Position numbers and translations under genes: made by a program. The notes beneath the pieces were generated by a model. It was not told the DNA's origin, ran no database searches, and worked only from the letters and a program-made list of their open reading frames with translations. DNA of 64,000 bases from Nitrospirales bacterium (GTDB lineage: Bacteria; Nitrospirota; Nitrospiria; Nitrospirales; UBA8639). The stretch spans positions 1 through 64,000 of the forward strand of contig CBDBCZ010000004.1 of the NCBI GenBank assembly GCA_965203295.1, given 5' to 3'. How positions within the stretch are numbered: position 1 is the stretch's first letter; each line of letters opens with the position of its first letter. This document shows positions 54,030-64,000 of this stretch, one piece after another.

Positions 54030-56620
54030 AAAAAATATGCTGATGTTGCTGCCGTAGCGCTTACGCCATTGACCGCACACCCACATACGCAGGCGGAGCT
54101 TGAAAGATCTCCAGTCAGAGGACAAGAGCAAAAGCAACCAGATGTCTCACCATTACCATCCTGATCGCCATATAATTTATTCTTCCTAGTATCCCAGATT
54201 AATAAAATAAAACTCTTAACTAGCCTTAATAAAGCCTTAAAATCATATCTTTTCCAATTCTCACACCCTAAAACAAAGCCCGTCTTCTCGAAAGTATTGA
54301 GCGCACAAAACTCTTCAAAACTTCCACCCAATAGATTGTCTAAGTCTTCCGTGAAAGTACTTCTAATAGTATCATACACAGGACACTCCCAGAGCACATG
54401 TACTACACTCTCACATTCATCCCCGCATAACTTACACTGCCTATCATCATTTTTACCCCTATGTCTTCCTAACTCTTCATTCACACCATTAGTACCAGAC
54501 CTAAACTTAAACAACAATCGTGTTCCTGGATCCCCAACCCCCTGCAAGTAATTTTTAAATTCTATTTCCTTACAAAAAGACTTGTAAAGACTAAGTTTAA
54601 CTTTACCATTTAAGCCATCATTAAAATCTTTATATTCTCTGCATCTCAATGCTATCTTCAGCTAGTATTTCCTGACTGTCTAGATTTAACTGTAGCAACA
54701 ATTCACTAATTACTTTCCTCCAGGTCTTCCTCTGCCTACCCCTACACGGCTTCACTTCCCACTCACTGTCTAGTATATAGTAGTCTAGGATATCTCTCAG
54801 CATTCAAATTATTGACTCTATACCACCACTTAAGTTTGCATCTATCCCTCCTGCCTTTCAAAGATTCTAACCCCATATCCCCCCTTACTGCTTCATTACA
54901 CGTTTTAGAAGAGCAGCCAAGCGTCTTTTTAGCTGCTCCTAGCTGAATAGATTCCAAGGAAGCTGTCTGCCTTGTAATTACAAGCCTATACTTCACTACC
55001 ATATTCTAAAGTAGGGCAAAGTACCGAAACTAACAATAACCTTCTTGCAACGGTACTGATATTCCTATTACTTAAAAACCTATGTAATTGATTCAGTTTT
55101 TTTTTCCCTTTATTTATTACCTTCTGTACATGACTATCACATGAACCATTCTTAGCAAATTCAATCCCCAAGTAACAGTAACTTACAAGCTCTGGAATGT
55201 CTTTATCTCCCCACTTCCATGTACAAGCACCTGTATTAACCTGCTTAGAAAATACCATAACAGCACTCTTTTTTATGTTAGATTTCAACCTCCATTTATT
55301 ACAAACCCCTGCACTATATTAATCAAGGTTTGTAAGTCCTCAGCATTAGTAGTTAAGCCTACAAAATCATCAGCAAACATCAGACCCCCAACCTTAACAT
55401 CCTTTTTAACAGTAATGCCTAATCCCAAGGTCCCATAACTTAAACCATAAACCATCATGCCAAACTGTGTCAAATGCTTTCTGAACATCTAAGAAAAACG
55501 CATAAGTGTGCTTTCCTTCCCTCATTCTACCTTGTACAATTTCATTTAGAGTAAAGATGTTATCAACACAACTCCTTTTCTCTCTAAATCCTGCCTGACC
55601 CTCATGAAGAGCCCTTTCTGCTTCTAATCTGCTTACTAAGCGATTATTTAGAATCTTGCAAAACAGCGTTCCTACCACATTCAATAGTGTAATGCCTCTG
55701 TAATTACCCGGGTCCTCAGCATCACCTTTCTTATACAAGCTAACAATTAACCCTTGTCTCCATTGCTTAGGAATACTCTCCTCTGTCCAAACTACCCCAT
55801 ACAAGACTTTCAACAGATTAGCCATCCCTTTGCCACCGTACTTAAAAAGCTCCCCAACTAGCCCATCATTACCTCCTGTTTTATTATTCTTTAGGCTTTT
55901 AGAACACTTCCAACTTTCCCTTAGTACTGGTTACACATGAACCTGAAGTACTCCTCAAAGAAGCAATACCCTTACGGCTACCTTTTGAAGTCCTGCCAAC
56001 AAATGCCCAGAACTCTTTCCTGTTTTCATAAAAATCTTTATTAGCCTTTTCAATCACCTCATTCCAACTATCTAGTTTTTTCTTACATACCAATTCCTTG
56101 ATTTCTGAACGTAATTTGTAATACTCCCTCCATTTATCTTCCCTGCCACTACTAATCTCCTTATAAACCTGTCTTCTCAACCTAATCTTCTCTTTAATCT
56201 CAGCATCCCACCACCTCGCCGCTTTGCCACACACTATCACCTTTTCCCCAATTTCTTTTGATGCTACCCTCTTGACTGTCTCTTTCCAATCCTGACCACT
56301 GCCTTCACTAATTCTGATCCTCTCAACCCCTGGGCTTTTCATTGGTGTACCCTTCCTTGAAACCCATCTACTTCTACACTTAAGGCTTCCTGATACTTCT
56401 GTCTCACTTCCTCATCCTGAAACCGTTCAATGTGCCATTTCTTAATCACCCACTTCTGTTTTTTAGTGGTTTGTACAGTCCTACCCAATTCCATCCATAT
56501 CAGAAAGTGATCCGATTTTCCTATATCCACTGTGTCTACCTGCACACTCCCTGAAACCTGCAACAAGTTGGAATCAGTAACTATATAATCAGTGATAGAC
56601 TTCTGCTTCAGAGGAGGTCT
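54030..56620 (-). mobile_element. RTEX-like LINE ORF2 (APE endonuclease end, RT, CCHC), frameshifted and internally deleted
   Basis: ITDYIV..SDHFL; NYRGITLL..QAGFR..FLDVQKAFDTV; MFADDF; YCYLGIEF; CKLC..ESVVHVLWEC. The QGCSxSP block is missing near 55420. Confidence 0.9.
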
Positions 56621-57189
56621 AGCTCTAGGCACAGTGTCACATTGCAGATTGCTTCTGTTAATGTTTTTTCTGTGTACTGTAATACATATGATGACAAAAA
56701 TGTTTCCGGAAGACATGATGGTGAAACACGCTCTTGCTGGCCTTTGCATGAACACGATCAGCCAAGTAGGCTGGGTAGTCCCACCCCCAATGCTACATTC
56801 CCATACATGCCTTTTGCTGGCTGGGGACAAAAATGCGCATCTCTATTTGCCAAAATGGTGGTCGGGAGTGAATTCCAGTATATGCTTTATTATGACCAAT
56901 TAAAAGTTTAATAATATTAATCTAGAATACTAGAAGAATATTATGGTGATCAAGATGGTGAAACATCTCGTGGCTCTTGTTCTTGTCCTCGGACTGGAGA
57001 TCTTAAAAGTTCCGCCTGCCTATGTGGGTGCATGGTCAATGGCGTAAACCCTACAGCAGTGACATGAGTATATTATTGCTTAATCCTTTATAGACTTCTA
57101 GAAAATGATTGTTACACTGAGTCTTTGATTGAAGTGTACATGGCCTTAATTTGCCCAGTAGAAATGCTGTCAATTGCAACGGTGTAGTA

Positions 57190-58060
57190 GTGAAGATGAG
57201 CATATACACTAAGAAAAAGGAAGTGTTGTCAGAGATTGCACCCCCTCTTCCTGGTGGTTACAGCACTGACAACCTCAGGTGTGAAGTATATTCCTTATCG
57301 AGATTCTAAGCTGACACGGTTGCTGCAGGACTGCCTTGGAGGCAACACAGAAGTATAAGATTTGGAAGAACAGAGGTACGCATGTACATACCAGTATCCA
57401 GTACTTATTTTCACGTAATTACACCCACAATGAAAATGTAGCATGAGAATTTACTCTGGTGTAAGGGAAGCATGCTATTATTATCCTTCAATTAATGTTA
57501 CATGCAAGTACGTAGTAGTCTGTTCACTTTCATACTTCATACTAGGAACGGTTGAGTTGTATACGTATCTGCTGACAGCCACCACTACTAGCACACCTAG
57601 TGTTGTGTTTAGAGTCACTGGCTAAAACTGCTTTCCTTCAGATTGATTTGTCTTTACACTTATTAAAACAGTTGATTATGCTTCTTATCAGTTCTTTCTT
57701 AGCATTATTCTCTTTCTATACCCACATTTGAATACTCATGGAAAAAGTATCAAGACCACTGCGCAGATCAACAAGGACATGTCACAGAAAGCATTGCTGT
57801 CAGCCTATCAGCAAGAGATCACAAAGTTGAAGCAACAGCTTGAACACAGGTTCATACTATTAGTACAGTAATTAAGTTATAACCACAGCTAGAATACGTG
57901 TACAAACATACCAGCCTCAACAGCTAGACCATACTAGCTATTCGCGATAATTGAGATACAGCCCACATCTACATACTGCTGCTATAGGGGGAATATTTTG
58001 GGTCATAAAGAAATTGAGAGGCTTGAAAGAGAAAGGGAGAAAGCTCAAAAGCAAAAGGTG
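57190..58060 (+). pseudogene. Kinesin motor C-terminal/neck fragment
   Basis: [27 protein letters not shown] (57255-57350) followed by a stop; INKDMSQKALLSAYQQEITKLKQQLE neck coil (~57765-57848). Confidence 0.75.
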
Positions 58061-60239
58061 GGAAGGGTGCAATTGAGACAAGTCTGCCATGCTGAATCTA
58101 CTGCTGTTGAAACGATTCTCCCAATACCTCTCCTTCATAGGCAGCATTTCTGGAGGCCCACCAACAACTAATGAGTCAAGCTCAGCCTGAGAGAGATGCC
58201 TTGTATGGCAAGATAGCAGACTTGGAAATAAGTGGTATGTATTTTGTGAATGATGTATGTAGAGAAGTAACATACATATGTGTGATGTGTACATATGCAT
58301 GTTTTTGCCAAATTACGTTACTGATCATGTTAGATGTATACGTATACTACCAGCAACCAGCTGCAGAGTTGTTACGAACCTTTCAATAGCCTGGTAGACT
58401 AATGAGTCAACTCTTACCCATGTAGTTTGGAGCAGAATAATGTAAGCAGTTGTCTTCTTGAATGTTCAGCTTCTTCATGGTGGCAGTAGAGACATTAGTG
58501 AGTCTGAAGTGTTCCAATAAGCTGTCCAAATGGTGAGACCTGTCGATAATTGTATATTACAGTGCAAATATTTGAACTTATTTCCCTTTCCTTTGCTGCT
58601 ACTAGGCAAAAGATCAGATTAGACATGAATCTGAGTCACAGTTAGAGCGTAGGCTTGCTACTGAGAAGAAAAGGTTATCTTACATTGTACTTCGACCCCA
58701 ATACCTTCCGAATCTGTACATGCAGGGGGTGATAATATTTCGCAGGGCCTGAGATTGTTCTTACCCTTTCTGACATCAACATTATAAAGCTGTCCACTGC
58801 AAATCTTTGTAGAGGTACATACATAGCAAGTGAAAGATTGACATACTCAAGAGATGTCATTAATTGCGCCTGCACTAAACTAGTCTATCCTAAGAATTAT
58901 ATGGTAAACACCTACAACAACGCCATTAATAGTCAGTAGCACTTAATCTAACATATCGTAGTATAGTAGAGAAGGTGCAGCAGATTACAATACAATCAGA
59001 TATGCTGGTCACAAAAAAAATTGTACCAAAATTCTTTGGCTCATCTCAGCTCTAGTTTAGTCAGTTGATTTAGTATTGTGAGTCTGCACCATGCACTCCA
59101 CCTTCTGTCCATCTCCAGGCCGCAATTCCTCCCTTAGCTTGGTAAAGTACTCCCTCTGTTTCTCCACCTCTGCACGCTCATCTGGCAGCCTTTGTGAATG
59201 TACAGTGAAATGAAGTGATGTGTGTTTCACCACAAAAAATCTTACAGTGAAGGAGAAACTTATGGAGAGAGGAAAAAAGACCAGTTTCAACCAAATATGA
59301 AGTTAATAACAGCTCAGCTCTTAGCTAATCATGTGTACAAATAAACAGTAACCTTTTGCTCATACTAAAATCGCAAACCTTATGATGGGAGCCCATCCCT
59401 TGGCTTTGACTCCACAGATCCAAGCCCTTCTCAGGTAGCACAAGCCCTCAGATCACGACAGCATGGTAACTAATACAGATAGAACTACCATGAACTATCG
59501 GTCAGCTTTGCCAGCAGCTGTGATATTGCTACCAGCCAAGTCAGGCCTTTAAGGAAAGTACCTGAGTCTCTAACTTGCAGCTGGTCATCTACATCAAGTA
59601 GCTAGGCCTTTTAAATTTGGTCCACCTGGAGCCAGATTTCGGAACAGTACTAAAGTATCAGTTTGTGAGGACTACCTGATTCATCAGCAAAAGCTAGCTG
59701 TTAATCTTACTTTGCCAATAGATTCATTTAACCTCTGCCTTGAAGAAGTTTCAGAAGGTTTTAACGCTTTCTTGGGAACTTCGAAGTACAAAATTTGACA
59801 TTTTGCATTTTTCCTGTTTTATGATCCAAGAAGTGAAAATGTAGATTTTGTTCAAACTGAAGATATGCTATGGTGCAATCTAGTCTTATAACATCCTCAC
59901 CCCTATAAACATTGATGACTAAGGGTTAGCAAGCAGTTGTATTTAATGTGTTCAATGATGTGGTACCACTACATGTACCTTAAATAGTAAGTACAAGAAG
60001 TCATCATCATTCCTAGCCATGAACAAGATTATAGTAGAACTCTTGAGTGAAAACATCTAGACAACAAGAGCGGTGCCTTTTATGTGTGCCTGCTCCTTTG
60101 TTGTCAGATCTTACAGGTTTGTCCATGCAGTTATTACCTTAATATTCCTGCTCTCCCTTCTCTCAGGTGTGGCACAGTACCCGAGCAAAGTCACTGCGCA
60201 GTAAAGCCTGCTCCTTTATCGTAAGATCTTACAGGTTTG

Positions 60240-61360
60240 TCCATTATCTTGATCACCATATAATTTATTCTTCCTAGTATCCCAGATCAATAATAAATGC
60301 AAAACTCTTAACTAGTCTTAATACACCCTTAAAATCATACCTGTCGCAATTCTCACACCCTAAAACAAAGCCTGTTGTCTCTAATGTAAATTTGTTTCTA
60401 GAGAGAATAGATGAAGTGTTGAGATTTAGAGATAGTATAAAAACTTTAAATGATGGCTGAGGCTGTACAAATCTTTTGTAAAGAAATAGAATTTAAGAAT
60501 TACTTGCAGGGGTTGGGGATGCAGAAACATGATTGATGTTTAAGTTTGAGTTTAGGCCAGGTACTAACCGTCTGAAAATAAAGTTAGGAAGACATAGGGT
60601 TAAAAATGATGATAGGCAGTGTAAGTTATGTGGGGCGCAATGTGAGAGTGTTGTACATGTACTCCTATGTAAGATACCATTAGGAATATTTCGTAAGACA
60701 TTTAGACAATTTGTTGAGGGGGGGGGGGGAGCTTAGAAAACTTTGTTACTTTCAATAGTTTGTAATCTTCAGCAAATATATCCTGACTCTCTAGATTTAA
60801 TGACTGCAGCAACAATTTACTACCTACTTTCCTCCAGGTCTTCCTCTGCCTACCTCTGCACAATTTCACTTTGCACTCACTGTCTAGTAAGCTAGGACAT
60901 CTCTCATCATGCAAATTACTGACTTTATAACACCATGCACCTATGCCGCCTACCTTTCAAAAGATTCTAGCCCCATACCCCCCCCCCCCCTTACTGCTTC
61001 ATTACACGTTTTAGAAGAGCAGTCAAATATATTTTTAGCTGCTCCAAGGAAACTGTCTACCATATATTACAAGCCCACTCTTCACTACCATATTCTAAAG
61101 CAGGGTGAAGTAATGAAACTAACAAGAATTATCCTTCTTGTAACTGTACTGATATTACTGTTACTAAAAAGCTATGTAAATTTTTTTCCACTATTTATTA
61201 CCTTCTGTACATGACTATCCATGAACCATTATTTGCAAATTCAGTGGCCAAGTAACAGTAACTTACAACCTCTGGAATGTCTTTATCTCCCCACTTCCAT
61301 GTACACACACCTGTATCAACCTCTTTTAAAAAATTACCATAACAGCACTCTTTTATGTGT
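60240..61360 (-). mobile_element. Decayed LINE 3' part with an internal ~360-bp inversion (60390-60760)
   Basis: Flanks match 54150-55270 in the same orientation; the middle (GRHRVKNDDRQCKLC) is on the plus strand. Confidence 0.75.
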
Positions 61361-62038
61361 GAAAATGTGCGTTCACGGGGGTGGGGCTGCAGAGCAACCT
61401 CCCGAGACACCAGAGAGCTTGTCTTGTCCACCGGTCCAGATGCCATCTAGACCGGTGGACAAGACGAGCTGGAGTCCTTTCTCAAACAGATCAACACCTT
61501 TCATCAGACCATCAAGTTCACTGCGGAATGGTCTACCACACAGGTCTCCTTCCTGGACACTACCGTCATTCTAGATGGAGAGACCACTCAAACAGATCTG
61601 TTCACGAAGCCAACTGATACCCACCAATACCTATCACCTGACAGCTGCCATCCGAGGCATTGTACTACCTCCATCCCGTATAGCCAGAGCCTCAGGATCA
61701 GACGCATTTGCTCCACAGACGAATTGTTTGCAAGAAGGACGGGAGAATTAAAGACGTACCTGATGGCCCGAGGGTATGCAGAATCGATGGTGGATTTACA
61801 GATCCAGCGAGCCTCTCTGTTGTCTCGGGAGGTTGCTCTGCAGCCCCACCCCCGTGAACGCACATTGTCACGCATTCCCCTGGTGGTTACCTATTTTCCG
61901 GGCCTCAACCGATTGAGTAAGATTGTCAGGAAGCACTTACCCATCCTCCATGTGTCTGAGAAGCTTAAACAGGCGGTCCCCAACCCTCCATTGGTGGCGT
62001 ACAGACGACCATACAACCTCCGCGATCTTTTGGTCCGG

Positions 62039-62957
62039 TGTCAAGGTATTTTGGGGACCCCCTAAATTGGGGACCCAGGGACCCCGGGTCCCCAATTTAC
62101 CGGTATAATAGGGACCCCTTCGTGAAAATAGGGACCCCTAAAGGCCCTATTCTACTGGTATGGGGACCCGGTGTCCCTATATTACCGGTAGAATGGGGAC
62201 CCCTCTGCCCATTCTAGTTAGTTAGTTAGTTAGTTAAATTTTCATTTTAAACAGGAAGATGTCCCTGTTTAAAATGAAAATTTAACTAACTAACTACATG
62301 TAACTAACTAGAATGGGCAGAGGGGTCCCCATTCTACCGGTATAATGGGCCAGATTTTACGTAGACATATAGCTATGTCACGCTTGTAACAATATTATTT
62401 AAAGTATTGTAAGTTTCTATTAAGTTCATGCCATGTGCAATAAAAATGCAGTCACAAATGTAGTGTGTGCATACAAAGTAAACAAAACATACAATGCAAT
62501 TTAAAATAACTAAACAATACACAAATTAAAGTAACTAAACAATACATAGACATAATATTATAGCTATGCATGCAATAACAAATGAAGTGACTTCCTTGAT
62601 AGATTTAGCTATGGGACATGCGTCCGTCAAACCCATGACCTTTAGCGTCGGTCAAAGCGCTAGAGTTAGCTACCATTGTATGGAACATGCACCCAGTAGG
62701 TCCATTAATATTTTAAAAGAGTTCAAAGCGCTAGAGTTAGCTACCATTGTATGGAACATGCACCCAGTAGGTCCATTAATATTTTAAAAGAGTTCAAAGC
62801 GTTATATTTCTTTGCTAGAGTTAGCTTCGGGACAAGTATAAAGATCGCTGTTCATCCACGCAAAGGGGTCCCTAAAGTACCGCGGGGGTGCCCATTTTAC
62901 CGGTAGATTAGGGACCCGGGGTCCCTATATTCATGGGGTCCCCAAAATTTTATGACA
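62039..62957. mobile_element. Non-autonomous TGT...ACA DNA transposon (Ginger-like) with CCGG TSD
   Basis: tgtcaaggtattttggggacccc / ggggtccccaaaattttatgaca; CCGG at 62035-62038 and 62958-62961. Removing it restores the Penelope frame. Confidence 0.85.
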
Positions 62958-63460
62958 CCGGGCAGCGGTGCAAAGTCCAGCCCCACCCACAACCTCAGGC
63001 AACGTTCCATGCAACTGCAAAAGATGTAAGGCTTGCCAGCTGATCAACTGTGCTGACACCTTCTCTAGCAACACCACGGGAAGAAGATACAAAGTGAAAT
63101 CTAACTTCACATGTAAAACAAAAAACATGGTATACTTGATCAGTTGTTGTAGATGTGGTGTGCAGTATGTGGGGGAGACTGAAAACGCTCTCCACATCAG
63201 AATGAACGGCCATCGTTCGGACGTCACCACCACGAAGCTGGAGAAGCCAGTGGCGGCCCACTTCAACTTGCAGGATCATTCCCTAGACGATCTAAAAGTA
63301 ATGGGGATTGAAAAGATCTGGAATAATGACACCGACAGACGAAAATTGAGGGAGCGCTTTTGGATATTAGAACTCAGAACGTTTACGCCGGAGGGCCTTA
63401 ACCTTGACGACTAATGCCAGAGATGCTATGTTTTGCTTTTTTTGAATTATGTTTTAGTTT

Positions 63461-63499
63461 GTACCTGAAGAAGGTCTAGATTAGGCCGAAACGTCGTAC
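63461..63499 (+). ncRNA. Minimal type-I hammerhead ribozyme in the Penelope pLTR
   Basis: gtac-CTGAAGA-a-ggtcta-gat-taggcc-GAA-acgt-c-gtac: core boxes, stems I and II, palindromic stem III. Confidence 0.8.
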
Positions 63500-63644
63500 T
63501 GTGTACTATTATTGATGTTGTTGACTTGGTAATGATGAAGATTGATCCGGAGAACCGCGATTAGCACTCCTCCACGAATTGTACATATCAGTATCACAAT
63601 CTTCGGTAGAGATATCGGCTGTTACAGGTTTCGAATTAATAAAA

Positions 63645-64000
63645 AGCACTCTTTTATATGTTAGATTTCAAACTCCATTTTTTACAAAACCCCTGTAAAA
63701 CATTAATAAGTCTTCAGCGTTAGTAGTTAAACCTACAAAATCTTTCAGCAAACATTAGACCCCCAACCTGAACATCCTTCTTAATATTAATGCCAATCAC
63801 AGCCTTCTGAACCTCATCTAACAACTAATTAATAAAGTTAGATAAGAGGATAGGCTACATACTACAACCCTGTGCCACCCCCTGACCTATATTAGATATT
63901 TCTGCAAAGATGCTATTAACACGACTCGTTTTCTCTCTAAATCTTCATGAAGAGCTCTTTCTCATTCTAATGTGATAACTATGCGATTGTTTAGAACAAT
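63645..64000 (-). mobile_element. Continuation of the LINE interrupted by the Penelope element
   Basis: Matches 45575-46080 (QVGGLMFA region). Confidence 0.85.

Larger units (their letters stand above)
61366..63640 (+). mobile_element. 5'-truncated Penelope-like retroelement (RT C-terminal part plus GIY-YIG endonuclease)
   Basis: IKFTAE..VSFLD..TDLFTKPTDTHQYL..SCHP..SIPYSQSLRIRRIC; NLRDLLVR|AA; CKRCKAC; MVYLISC..QYVGET..RMNGH..VAAHF..RERFWI..PEGLN* (stop 63414). Confidence 0.92.

Overview
Eukaryotic, intron-rich, repeat-dense animal DNA. Short GT-AG introns and the gene and repeat types suggest an early-branching animal such as a demosponge, but this is inference only. Most of the window is decayed: a Tectonic pseudogene (15.9-30.1 kb), adhesion-GPCR, kinesin and MABP-domain fragments, RTEX-like LINE pieces, a Penelope element with a hammerhead ribozyme, several Helentron/HINE-like families, many MITEs and local segmental duplications. 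The standout is a complete 8.06-kb IS3EU-type DNA transposon at 21071-29131, inserted in a Tectonic intron. It has TACGG...CCGTA ends, a CTTTTC 6-bp target-site duplication and long TIRs built from 20-bp repeats. It carries two convergent spliced genes: a DDE integrase-like transposase (two nonsense codons) and an open-frame, about 713-aa model joining an unknown N-terminal region, an Ig domain and a non-RD IRAK/Pelle-like kinase. All gene models were spliced by hand and are untested.
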